NCBI GenBank assembly: GCA_039588275.1
Contig: JBDHAC010000065.1
Span: 1 to 22,892, forward strand
DNA: 22,892 nucleotides
Reading direction: 5' to 3'
DNA from: Gemmatimonadota bacterium
Lineage (GTDB): Bacteria; Gemmatimonadota; Gemmatimonadetes; Palauibacterales; Palauibacteraceae
The notes under the pieces are model-generated. The model made no database searches and was not told where the DNA came from. It was given only the letters and a program-made list of their open reading frames with translations. How positions within the stretch are numbered: the stretch's first letter is position 1; each line of letters begins with the position of its first letter. The position numbers were made by a program, and so were the translations under genes. Of this stretch, positions 1 through 9,172 are shown in pieces.

Positions 1-2
1 AC

Positions 3-92
3 GAGACCTCCAACTGGGAGGCGGCTGACGTCCGATTCGAGATCGAATTGGACGCCGCGGTCGGTACCGTCGACGTACATCTGGTTCCCTAG
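3..92 (+). CDS. 3' end of a protein entering from the left edge (partial)
   Basis: Open frame ETSNWEAADVRFEIELDAAVGTVDVHLVP ending in TAG at 90-92, with host-like codon usage. It converges on the Mrp gene. Confidence 0.6.
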   Translation, partial: ETSNWEAADVRFEIELDAAVGTVDVHLVP

Positions 93-131
93 CGGAGCGC
101 TTTGGAGCCTGACCCGGCAGCGGTACCAGCG

Positions 132-1055
132 CTACCCGACCGAGGCCAGCGCCTCGAGCTCCTCGAGCCGGCGAGATGTCTCCTTCGCGACTAGCGTGAG
201 AGCGAGCGCTTCGGGCGCCGTCGGGCGACCGACCACCGTCGGGCAGCCCTGATCTCCCTCCTCGCGTACGGCCACACCCAGGGGCACCGCTCCCAGGAAC
301 GGCAGCTCCAACGAGGCCGCGAGTCGCTCGCCTCCACCGGAACCGAAGATCTCGTGCGTAGCCCCGCAATCGGGGCACGCGAAGCCCCGCATGTTCTCGA
401 CGATTCCTAGAATCGGCACGTCGAGCTTTTCGAACATGCGGATTCCCTTGAGGACGCCTCCGACGGCCACGTCTTGTGGAGTCGTCACCATGACCGCCCC
501 GCTGACCTTCACGAGCTGGCACAGCGACAGCTGCGCGTCTCCCGTGCCGGGGGGCAGGTCCACGATCAGGTAGTCCAGCGGTCCCCAACGGACCTGTTCG
601 AGGAACTGCCGCACGACCCCCATGATGATGGGCCCCCGCCAAATCGCCGGAGTCTCCTCGTCGACCAGAAACCCGATGCTCATCAGCTTGACCCCGTGGG
701 CCTCGATCGGGATCACCTGATCGTCCGCCATCTTCGGTCTTTCCCGGACACCGAACATGGTCGGGATATCGGGGCCGTAGATGTCGGCGTCCAGCAGCCC
801 CACGCTGTAGCCGGCGCTCGCCCAGGCAGCCGCCAGGTTCGTCGACACCGTCGACTTCCCGACCCCCCCTTTCCCCGAGCTCACCCCCACCACATGTCGC
901 ACTCCATCCATGGGTGGAGCGTCGGAGGGGTGACGACGCGCCGCCTCCCCGGCGCCGTGCGGCGGCGCGGGTCTGGCACTCCGGTCGGGTGGAGCCTCGG
1001 GCTGGCCGAAGACCGGCAGGGAGCGTGAGGATCGGGAGTCGTTCTCGTTAGTCAT
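132..1055 (-). CDS. apbC: Mrp/NBP35 family ATP-binding Fe-S cluster carrier (ApbC)
   Basis: Deviant Walker A GKGGVGKST, plus DADIYGP, WRGP, DLPPGTGD and the ENM..F.CPDC motif. Confidence 0.95.
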   Translation of the reverse strand: MTNENDSRSSRSLPVFGQPEAPPDRSARPAPPHGAGEAARRHPSDAPPMDGVRHVVGVSSGKGGVGKSTVSTNLAAAWASAGYSVGLLDADIYGPDIPTMFGVRERPKMADDQVIPIEAHGVKLMSIGFLVDEETPAIWRGPIIMGVVRQFLEQVRWGPLDYLIVDLPPGTGDAQLSLCQLVKVSGAVMVTTPQDVAVGGVLKGIRMFEKLDVPILGIVENMRGFACPDCGATHEIFGSGGGERLAASLELPFLGAVPLGVAVREEGDQGCPTVVGRPTAPEALALTLVAKETSRRLEELEALASVG

Positions 1056-1134
1056 ATATAGTGGAAATGGCGTGGCCGATTGGCGGGCGCGGACGAGGGG
1101 GCATCAGAACCGGTCCCGAGCGCAGGTCGGGACG

Positions 1135-1395
1135 CTATTGAATCGCTTCGACGGAGCGAACCTCCGGAATCGACATCCGCAGGCTCTGTTCGATACCGGC
1201 ACGGAGCGTTGCCATCGACATCGGGCACGCGTAGCACGCTCCGACCATCCGGACTTGCACCTGACCGGACGTCTCGTCGAAGTGGACGAGCTCGATATCC
1301 CCACCATCCGCGCGAACCGCGGGACGTATGCGGTCGAGAACATCCTCGATTCTGTCGATCGCCGGCGGGGTGCCCTTCACTGACGTATCGGCCAT
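1135..1395 (-). CDS. NifU C-terminal (Nfu) domain Fe-S scaffold protein
   Basis: IRPAVRADGGDIELV and GACYACPMS (CxxC) motifs. Adjacent to Mrp. Start chosen at ATG 1395 (MADTSV). Confidence 0.92.
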   Translation of the reverse strand: MADTSVKGTPPAIDRIEDVLDRIRPAVRADGGDIELVHFDETSGQVQVRMVGACYACPMSMATLRAGIEQSLRMSIPEVRSVEAIQ

Positions 1396-1554
1396 GGCAT
1401 GACGGGTTCGTGACATCCTGCGGAGGGGCGTTATCGCCTGTATTCGCGCGCGGTTCCCCCCTCCGCGCCGCGCGCGCAAGCTACTCCCCACCTGGTACCC
1501 CGTCAACGAGATTCGGATCTCTCACGGTCCTCCGAAAGACTGCGGAGGACCGCC

Positions 1555-4059
1555 TCAACGGCCTACGGGCTCCAGCTGCAAGCTCGATACGGCGGCGGCA
1601 CGGGCGGAGTCGGGCTCCAGCGGCACCTCGATCAGCCGGCCTTCCGCCCAGCGATCGAGCATGTCCCGGTAATGGCGGCTCAACGGGTTCCCACTCTGAC
1701 CGGTCGGCAACAGGAAGTACCCCCTCGCTCGGCCGGGTACTAGGTGGGCGATGAATCGCTCACTCGGTCCGTACTCGCTCACGATCGGGAGCTCCCACGA
1801 GCTCGAGTCGAGCGAGCGCCAGCGGGCGGGATCGTCGGGGCGCACGGTGTAGGGTCCCCCGGCGCCCGGGTACGGCCCGACGTGGAATCCGAACAGACGA
1901 TTCAGCCAGTCGACCTGCCCGATAAGGTGTCTGGAGCGCTCCATGTGGACTTCGCCCCAGCGCCGGCCGGCGGTGTGACCGATGGCTGCACGCATTGCTT
2001 CCTCTTCGAGATCCTCGAGCGACTCCCGGCCCGGGGTTCGCACGTCGTCGACCCAGGCGCCATCGCCGGTCTCGAGGATGCGGAGAAGGGTCCCGTCCGG
2101 GAACCAACCGTCGGGATCTCCACCGTACTCGTCAGCGGCGATTGCTCCGCGCAGCATGTACAGCCACACATGGAACAGGGTCGCCTGGCTGGATTCGACG
2201 CTCACCCGCCCGTTCCACGACTCCAGCTCAGTCGCGATCGAGTCGGAGGCCGCTCGCCGGGCGGCGTCGACGGCGCGAGGTAGCAGCCGGCGAGCCCACA
2301 GACTGTACGTGTCCAGCTGCAGATCGCGCATGTCGTTCAGCGTCCAGTCGTTGGCAGCTTCGAGGCGATCAACGATGCGGCGCGCCCGGAACGGCAAGGG
2401 ATAGTCGACGCCGACGGAGCCGTATGACGGGCTCGATTGGAGGTTGTTCGCGCTCGCGAGAAAGCCGCTTGCCGGATCCCGGGCGCTCGGCATCGCGTCC
2501 GCGGGCCAATACCCGGCCCACTCGGCGCCCGCGAGGGCATCGGCGGAGATCGGCAAGGCGCCGTCGAAACCGACCCGCCGCGGTACGGATCCGCTCAACC
2601 GATACCCGAGCTCGCCACGCGTCGTGGCGTAGATCACATTCTGATGCGGCGATTGGAAGGCCTGTACGGATGCGTCGAACTCCTCGGCCGTTCGTGCCCG
2701 GTTCATCGCGAGGAGACCGGGCAATTCGGGTCTCGGCTCGCGGCCCGTCCACAGAAGCGAGAGCGTCAGTCCCTCCACCGGTATCACATCGGTGATCACC
2801 GGACCGCGAGAGGTCGCACGAACCTCGTGGACCACGGGCTCGACCCTACCCCGAACGGCGATCGACTCACGGCGAACCGAGAACGGCACCCAGCCGTCGC
2901 CCGACCCGTATGCCGAGCCATCCGGGCTCACGGTTTCCAGGGCGAAGTCGGCGTCGTCTACCATCCCGTTGGTGAAGGCCCACGCCAGGTCACGATTGTA
3001 CCCAACGACCACTCCGGGGACGCCCGGGATCGTGAGCCCGGCGACGTGCAGGCCGGACCTCACGGCATGCAGCGAATTCACGTACCAGGTGGCGGGCGCG
3101 CGTAGCGTCAGGTGCATATCGCTCGCGAGCAGCGGGTGCCCGTCCAGGGTACGCGTCCCGGATAGCGCCCAGGAGTTGGAGGCCGTGAACGCGAATCCGG
3201 AGAGGAACTCGAGCGGATCCCATCCGGGGCCGGAGGGTGCGTCGGTCGGTCCGACCGGCGCCGCCCGCGAGTCGAGCGAGCGGTGCGCGGCGGGCACGCG
3301 GTGACCGGAGAGCCTCTCCAGCCACGTCCCATGCGCCGCGTGTGAGGCGCTCGCGAACGCGCTGTCCCCAGCCCGTCCTCGTGCCGGACCATCCTGCAGG
3401 ATGGTGGGACCCCAGGGGGGGTAAGCGGTTTCCAGCTCGGCGAGCTTCTCGGCGGGCAACCGCGCGGCGGCGAGAATCCGATCCAGCTCCGTGCCCCATG
3501 TGGACAGATCGAGAGCCATGATCTTGCCGATGGCGATCGTAGCGTGCGGACTCCAGGGCCGCGGATCGATCCCCAGCACGATGAACTCCGGCGGCCACGG
3601 CCCCTCCCACGATTCGAGGCGCCCGTTCACCCCCTCGGCGTATGCCTCGAGCAGCGCGCGCTGCTCGGGAGCCAAGGCGGCCACACCCCGTTCCGCGGCG
3701 CCCCACAAGTCGAGCGTGCGGATCAGGCGATCGGCCTCCAGAGCCATGTCGCCGAATACCTCCGCCAGCTGGCCGCGGGCGATCCGTTGGAATAGCTCCA
3801 TCTGCCACAGGCGCTCGGACGCGTGAACGAAGCCCTGCACGCGGTAGAGATCCGCCTCGGTGACCGCCTCGAGCGTGGGGATCGCGAACTCGTCGAACCA
3901 GACCGTGGCGCCAGCCTCCAACCCGGCGAGTGGGAGCCGATCGTCGTACGACTGGATCGAACGCCGCAGCTGGAAGTACAGGATCGTCGACACGAGACCG
4001 ACCCCGAGCAGCAGCACCGCGATCAGTCTTGAGAGGCGCCGGTGGAGGCGGTCGCTCAT
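1555..4059 (-). CDS. Penicillin acylase family (Ntn-hydrolase, peptidase S45) protein with N-terminal membrane anchor
   Basis: QGFVHASERLWQME, beta-chain start SNSWALSG with nucleophile Ser, DMHL, SANN and GQSGNPLSRHYRD motifs. ATG 4059 overlaps the upstream stop (ATGA). Confidence 0.92.
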   Translation of the reverse strand: MSDRLHRRLSRLIAVLLLGVGLVSTILYFQLRRSIQSYDDRLPLAGLEAGATVWFDEFAIPTLEAVTEADLYRVQGFVHASERLWQMELFQRIARGQLAEVFGDMALEADRLIRTLDLWGAAERGVAALAPEQRALLEAYAEGVNGRLESWEGPWPPEFIVLGIDPRPWSPHATIAIGKIMALDLSTWGTELDRILAAARLPAEKLAELETAYPPWGPTILQDGPARGRAGDSAFASASHAAHGTWLERLSGHRVPAAHRSLDSRAAPVGPTDAPSGPGWDPLEFLSGFAFTASNSWALSGTRTLDGHPLLASDMHLTLRAPATWYVNSLHAVRSGLHVAGLTIPGVPGVVVGYNRDLAWAFTNGMVDDADFALETVSPDGSAYGSGDGWVPFSVRRESIAVRGRVEPVVHEVRATSRGPVITDVIPVEGLTLSLLWTGREPRPELPGLLAMNRARTAEEFDASVQAFQSPHQNVIYATTRGELGYRLSGSVPRRVGFDGALPISADALAGAEWAGYWPADAMPSARDPASGFLASANNLQSSPSYGSVGVDYPLPFRARRIVDRLEAANDWTLNDMRDLQLDTYSLWARRLLPRAVDAARRAASDSIATELESWNGRVSVESSQATLFHVWLYMLRGAIAADEYGGDPDGWFPDGTLLRILETGDGAWVDDVRTPGRESLEDLEEEAMRAAIGHTAGRRWGEVHMERSRHLIGQVDWLNRLFGFHVGPYPGAGGPYTVRPDDPARWRSLDSSSWELPIVSEYGPSERFIAHLVPGRARGYFLLPTGQSGNPLSRHYRDMLDRWAEGRLIEVPLEPDSARAAAVSSLQLEPVGR

Positions 4060-4619
4060 GCGGGGGGTTCCGCTCGCTCCGCGTCTTGGAGGGCGTGTTG
4101 GAACGACAGATACGAGGCCCCGTCGGGCAGGATCAGCCGACGCGACTCCAACTCGTCGAACGCCAGCCGCACGGCTTCTTCTTCCACCTTCAGCGTCGCC
4201 GCCACGCCGATCGGCGTGCCCCGCCCGACCCGCCAGATCTCGTGCCATGTGAGTGCCGCGAGCGAGCCGATCTCGCCCAACAACAACGGCTGGCCATCGA
4301 TGCTCTCCGCGGCGATCGCCAGTCCCTGCCGCGCGAGGGTCGACTCGATCGGGCCGAGATGATGTTCGGCCACGCCCCGGAAGAGAAAGAACCGCCGCCC
4401 CTCCCGTCCGGCACGGTGTGCGTGACGAACCACCAGCTTCGCGACCACTTCGTCCGCGCAGCTGAAGTCGATGAGCGGGACGTTGCGCAGATCGAGCACC
4501 GTGAGCACGTGACGGTCGAAATCGGCCAGGCGTTCCTCGATGCTGAGCCGCACGGCGCGGCCGGTGTGGCGCGTCACCAGGTAGCTATAGAGGCTCGTCT
4601 CCGTGACCGCTGGGCGCAT
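4056..4619 (-). CDS. STAS-like (DUF4325-like) domain protein with probable C-terminal winged helix
   Basis: LVTRHTGRAVR...VLDLRNVPLIDFSCADEVVAKL is a STAS-like signature. The C-terminus IGVAATLKVEEEAVRLAFDELESRRLI is wHTH-like. GGAG RBS precedes ATG 4619. Confidence 0.7.
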   Translation of the reverse strand: MRPAVTETSLYSYLVTRHTGRAVRLSIEERLADFDRHVLTVLDLRNVPLIDFSCADEVVAKLVVRHAHRAGREGRRFFLFRGVAEHHLGPIESTLARQGLAIAAESIDGQPLLLGEIGSLAALTWHEIWRVGRGTPIGVAATLKVEEEAVRLAFDELESRRLILPDGASYLSFQHALQDAERAEPPA

Positions 4620-4633
4620 GGGCTCCTCCACCC

Positions 4634-5542
4634 TCAGGTCACCGCCGTGGCTTCGACCTTCGCCGGCAGCACGATCAGGACTTGCGCTCCGGGAAAGGCC
4701 GGCAGACCCGAGCAAAGGGGCTGCAGGTCGTCCCATTCCGGGACGCGGGCGATCATCGCGTCCCCACTTCGAATCCGCACGGCACCGTTCCACTTCGTGA
4801 CCTGCTTGCGGATCGCCTGCAGGCCCTGGCCGCGGCCGGGGTCTCGGAAGCGCGACTCGCCGTTCAAGAACGCGGCCTCGAGCGCGGTGGCGGCCGACCA
4901 GCGCTCCCCATAGCGCCGTGCGTGCTCCGCGCCCAGCGATCCCTGGAAGCCGACGCCCACATCCATGACCGCGAGGACCAGGACGTCGCGCCCGAGTCGT
5001 CGCTTCCAGTGATACGTCTGCGCACACACCCAACCGATCGCCTCCGCATGCTCCAGGATGTTCTGGCAGACTTCCGACAGCATCACGGAGAAGTGGATCA
5101 CCGACGGCTTCGAGTAATGCAGGCGGCGCTGGAGGATCGTGGCAGCCCGATCGCGGACGTGCTCGACCACGTGATGGACATCTTCGTGCGAGCGGATGGG
5201 GGTGATCTCCAACAGGGCGTCCGAGCGCGCGTGCGGGCGCTGTGGCCGAGAATCGAGCTCGAAGACCGCGGCGGCGGTCTGCGAGAAGTGCATTCGCTCG
5301 CAGTAGGATCGGACCTCGGGATCTTCCGGAAGCTCGACGAGCGGGGGTCGACCGGTCCGGTCACGCGCCACCTGCCCGACGGCGAGCAGGCCGGTCAGAC
5401 CGTACGGTGAGACCCACGCCACCCGACGGGCATCGAACAGCAGCCGCTCATCACCGCTTTCCGTAGCTCGATTGAGCGAGCCGACGAGCTCCTCGAACGC
5501 CGATTCGTCCAGCGTCGACGGGACCTCAACGACTCGACTCAT
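4634..5542 (-). CDS. STAS-like plus GHKL/HATPase_c domain protein (anti-sigma-factor-type kinase)
   Basis: N-terminal LLFDARRVAWVSPYGL. N-box SEVCQNILEHA, G1 DVGVGF and G2 GRGQGL. Confidence 0.8.
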   Translation of the reverse strand: MSRVVEVPSTLDESAFEELVGSLNRATESGDERLLFDARRVAWVSPYGLTGLLAVGQVARDRTGRPPLVELPEDPEVRSYCERMHFSQTAAAVFELDSRPQRPHARSDALLEITPIRSHEDVHHVVEHVRDRAATILQRRLHYSKPSVIHFSVMLSEVCQNILEHAEAIGWVCAQTYHWKRRLGRDVLVLAVMDVGVGFQGSLGAEHARRYGERWSAATALEAAFLNGESRFRDPGRGQGLQAIRKQVTKWNGAVRIRSGDAMIARVPEWDDLQPLCSGLPAFPGAQVLIVLPAKVEATAVT

Positions 5543-5569
5543 GTCGCGCTCATGGCGTAGTCATCGCTC

Positions 5570-6562
5570 TCAAGCATCCTCGGCCAGCAACAAACCGGAG
5601 CCGGAGCGCAGATACGGGGCGAGCCCTCCGGCTCCCCTGAAGGATGCGTTGCGCGCGGCCACGCGGTTCGCGCGTCGCATAGACGCCCCGAGAGGCCGGC
5701 CCGACAGAAGTGAAGCGAAGCACGTGATCCCCCAGACATCCCCGCAACCGGTGGGATCCGGGTCATCGGCACCGGAATCTCCTTCGATCTGACCGCTCAG
5801 CACGGCGTCACCCGCATTGGCGAGTGGTCCCGTCCGGTTCGTGAGAGGGGCGTCCCAAAACCGCCGGGTGGCCATCCAGACCGCTCCCTCCTGCCCTCTC
5901 GTCACCAACAGTGCGCGGGTGAGGGGACCGAGAACTTCGGCGCCCAGCTGCCAGGGGTCGCCCCACTCCTCCGCCAGCGTGAGGAGCTCATCCTCGTTCA
6001 TTTGCACGATGTCGAAGCAAGCGAGCCATTCGCGCCATGACTCGAGGGGTCGGAGCGCGCGCACTCCGTCCGGACCAATGCCCAGCATGAGGGAGTGAAT
6101 GTCGCAGTAGACGAGCCCAGGGCTCGCCTCGCGGAGCACCCCCGCCGCCGCCAAATCCAACTCCCAGCCCGCGATGAAGTTAACGTATAGCGCGTCACAG
6201 GCCCGCGCGAGCGGGAGTAGCTCCTCCGCCGTCCACCCCGGAACACCACCCGTGAGTCGTTCGCACCGCCTGCCCACCTCGTGATAAAAGAGCTCGACTC
6301 GGTTGTTGGGCTCGGGCACGGTTTGAACCCCGTCCACCGACGCGACGTGCCGGAGCGTCTGAAGGAACTGGTCGGCCTGCTCACGCATGTCGCTCCCGAC
6401 CTTGAGGATGGGGAACAGTTCCCAGCCGGCTTCCGCCACGGCGTCGAAGGCAGCCAGCGCGTAAGCGATCCCGCCCCATTCCTGGATCGGCGCGTCGCGG
6501 CCGGGATCTCTGGCGTGGATGGTGTCCCACACCATCGTCCCGACGACACCGAGTCGCGGCAT
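5570..6562 (-). CDS. PfkB/ribokinase family carbohydrate kinase
   Basis: N-terminal GG motif (WGGIAY), MNEDE, VTRGQEGA and the C-terminal DPTGCGD anion-hole motif. Confidence 0.88.
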   Translation of the reverse strand: MPRLGVVGTMVWDTIHARDPGRDAPIQEWGGIAYALAAFDAVAEAGWELFPILKVGSDMREQADQFLQTLRHVASVDGVQTVPEPNNRVELFYHEVGRRCERLTGGVPGWTAEELLPLARACDALYVNFIAGWELDLAAAGVLREASPGLVYCDIHSLMLGIGPDGVRALRPLESWREWLACFDIVQMNEDELLTLAEEWGDPWQLGAEVLGPLTRALLVTRGQEGAVWMATRRFWDAPLTNRTGPLANAGDAVLSGQIEGDSGADDPDPTGCGDVWGITCFASLLSGRPLGASMRRANRVAARNASFRGAGGLAPYLRSGSGLLLAEDA

Positions 6563-6583
6563 GCTCCTCCCTTTGACGACCTG

Positions 6584-7576
6584 CTAGAGTTCTCCGAAAC
6601 GTTCCGTCCGGAACGTGGCCGCCGCCCCTATCACACCCGCCGTGCCACCCAGCTCGCTGCTCACGATCCGGCAGGAATCGGAGGCGTGGCTGAAGGCTCG
6701 ACGCCTGACCTCCGCGCGAAGCGGCTGGAACAGGTGGTCGCCCGCTCGGGTCACTCCACCGGAGATCACGATCATTTCGGGGTTGAGCACATTGATGAGG
6801 TTCGCCAGCCCCGTACCGAGGAACTTGGCCGTCTCACGCATCACGTCGGCCGCGTACGAGTCACCCGCGACGATGGCTTCGTAGACGGTCTCGGCCGTGA
6901 CTCGACCGAGCTCGCCGCCGACCATGTCCGGGAGAAGGCTGCTGGCCCCGGTCTCAAGACCCTCGACGGCACGTGCCGCGATCGCCGGACCCGACGCATA
7001 GGCTTCCAAGCAACCGTAATTGCCGCAGTTGCACTTTCGCCCCGTGGAATCGATGGTCATGTGGCCGATCTCGCCCGCCACATCGGATGTCCCGTGGAAC
7101 ACTCGCCCGCCCAACACGATCCCTCCTCCGATGCCGGTGCCGAGCGTTACGCCGACCACCGGGTCGGCATCGCGAGCCGCCCCCATCCAGCACTCACCCA
7201 GGGTCGCGGCGTTGGCATCGTTGTCCAGGACGGTGTCCAATCCTACCGCGTTGGCGATCAGATCGCGCAGCGGAAAATTCCGCCACCCGAGGTTGGGCGT
7301 CTCGAGCACCGTGCCCGTCCGGCGGTCGAGAGGTCCCGGCGAGCCGAGGCCGATGCCGATGAAGGCCTCCTCCGGAAGCTCCGCCTCACGACGGGCATCG
7401 CGGAGCGTGTCTCGAATCATCTCGACCATGCGATCGACCACGGCCTTCGGTCCGCGCTGGGGCTCGGTCGGCAATGCGCGCATCCCGAGGACGGTTCCCC
7501 CATCGAACGGTACCGCGCCGACGTTGATCGACGTTCCGCCCAGGTCGACGCCCACGATGTATCGGCGATCGTCCAC
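6584..7576 (-). CDS. ROK family sugar kinase (glucokinase-like)
   Basis: GVDLGGT, NDANAA, GTGIGGG and EIGH...CNCGNYGCLEAYASG motifs. No N-terminal HTH. GTG start after GAGG. Confidence 0.95.
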   Translation of the reverse strand: MDDRRYIVGVDLGGTSINVGAVPFDGGTVLGMRALPTEPQRGPKAVVDRMVEMIRDTLRDARREAELPEEAFIGIGLGSPGPLDRRTGTVLETPNLGWRNFPLRDLIANAVGLDTVLDNDANAATLGECWMGAARDADPVVGVTLGTGIGGGIVLGGRVFHGTSDVAGEIGHMTIDSTGRKCNCGNYGCLEAYASGPAIAARAVEGLETGASSLLPDMVGGELGRVTAETVYEAIVAGDSYAADVMRETAKFLGTGLANLINVLNPEMIVISGGVTRAGDHLFQPLRAEVRRRAFSHASDSCRIVSSELGGTAGVIGAAATFRTERFGEL

Positions 7577-7774
7577 GCGCTCTCAACCTCCTCTGACGCT
7601 CTTCCCACGGATGTATGCCGCAGCGTCCGGAATCATAGACGCGGAATCCTATCCGTCAAAGCGATCGGCCGGATCGCATGTGCTCAAGCCCGTGCGGCGG
7701 CCTACCTTCCTCCCGCGATCACTCCAGCCTCGAGGCGCGTGGAGCCCCGAACGGTACCGGAACGAAAGGGGTCG

Positions 7775-8461
7775 ATGACCAGGACGCGAATCAGCGAGCC
7801 GCGCGAGCGGACCTATGCGCACAAGCGGAGGTTCTACCGCGACTCCGAGGTGGCAGCGTACTACGACCAGGAGCGGTTCGTCGGTCCGTTGAAGCGGAGG
7901 CGCAACCGGCGCAAGTGGCGGACGATCCGCGACGCACTGGCGACGCTCGACGACGTGCACGTCGTTCTCGACACGCCATGCGGAACTGGCCGATTCACGG
8001 GCCATCTCGCGACGCACGGCTTTGACGTGGTCGGCAGCGACATCTCGTTGGAGATGATGCGGCGCGCCGTCGAGGCGGGCGATCGCTCACCCGGCGTCGC
8101 GGGTTTCGTACAGGCCGACGCAGAACGCCTCCCTTTATCGGATGACGCCGTCGATTGCGTCGTCTCGATCCGATTCATGTTCCACGTGCCGCCGCCCACG
8201 CGCGTGTCCATCCTCAGGGAAATGAGTCGCGTGGCACCCTGGTTGGTAGTCGATTATCGACACCGGTACAGTTACCGCTACGCGAAGTGGAGGGCGCTGA
8301 GAACGCTGCGACTCACCCGGAGGCCTCTCGAGCGTGTCTCGCGGGCCGGACTCGAGCAGGAGTTTCACGACGCGGGACTTTCGGTCCTGCGAGTTCTGCC
8401 AGTGACGCGCGTGTTCTCGGACAAGTGGATCGTCGTCGCCGGGCGGGAGGACACCCCGTGA
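7775..8461 (+). CDS. Class I SAM-dependent methyltransferase
   Basis: VLDTPCGTGRF motif I, SDIS..M, ADAERLPL and VSIRFMFH. AAGGGG precedes ATG 7775. Confidence 0.9.
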   Translation: MTRTRISEPRERTYAHKRRFYRDSEVAAYYDQERFVGPLKRRRNRRKWRTIRDALATLDDVHVVLDTPCGTGRFTGHLATHGFDVVGSDISLEMMRRAVEAGDRSPGVAGFVQADAERLPLSDDAVDCVVSIRFMFHVPPPTRVSILREMSRVAPWLVVDYRHRYSYRYAKWRALRTLRLTRRPLERVSRAGLEQEFHDAGLSVLRVLPVTRVFSDKWIVVAGREDTP

Positions 8462-9153
8462 CGCTCGCGGAGGCCCGGGTGCTGGAGAGTGCGAACGGGT
8501 GGGTGGATCCGGGGGACGGGACCCTCGAGCGCACCGCCGTGGGCGAGGTGCGCGTTCTGGAGCGTCTCAGCGATGGGTTGGTGACCACGGTCTACCGGGC
8601 CGACCTACGGGGCTCACCGGTAGCACTCAAGATCTTCAGGCCCCGTTCGGTTCGCCGCCACGCGGGGCGGGACCCGCTCGGCATCGCGGAATTCGAGTAT
8701 CGGCGTAATCGAGCCTTCTACGAAGCGCCGGGGCTCGCTCGCTACGTGGCGCGACCGATCGGCTACTTCCATACGCCGGAGGTCTCGGCCGTCGTGCAGG
8801 AACTTCTCCGCGGTGAGCTCTACTACGACTACCATCGTAACGGGGGGGCGGAGGAGCTCAACCGCGTCGAGGCGCCCTTCGCCCACGTCCGGCGGATCGT
8901 AGAGCTCGCTCACGATGCCGGCCTCTTCGACCTGGACCTGCACGCCCTGAACGTCATGGTCGTGCGTGAGATGGGCGAGATCATCCCGAAGTTGTTCGAC
9001 TTCAACCGCATCCCGTTCTACGAGCACCCGCGGAACCCGCTCGAAGCGCTCCTCCTGCGGGTCGGAGTGCTCGACGTGGGCTCCCGTGATCGGCGCAAGC
9101 TGCGCCAATTTCACGACTTCCGACGTCTCGGTGCCCGGTTGAACGGGACCTGA
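8458..9153 (+). CDS. Protein-kinase-like fold enzyme (Kdo/WaaP/RIO-like kinase)
   Basis: VALKIF (catalytic Lys), DLHALNVMV catalytic loop and LFDFN (DFG-like). GTGA overlap with the methyltransferase stop. Confidence 0.75.
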   Translation: MTLAEARVLESANGWVDPGDGTLERTAVGEVRVLERLSDGLVTTVYRADLRGSPVALKIFRPRSVRRHAGRDPLGIAEFEYRRNRAFYEAPGLARYVARPIGYFHTPEVSAVVQELLRGELYYDYHRNGGAEELNRVEAPFAHVRRIVELAHDAGLFDLDLHALNVMVVREMGEIIPKLFDFNRIPFYEHPRNPLEALLLRVGVLDVGSRDRRKLRQFHDFRRLGARLNGT

Positions 9154-9172
9154 TGAGTCGGCTACGGACCGG

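Noticed and set aside
6281..7774. 726-aa ORF suggesting a giant methyltransferase fusion
   Set aside because: The first ~500 codons are the antisense shadow of the ROK and PfkB genes. The real gene starts at ATG 7775.
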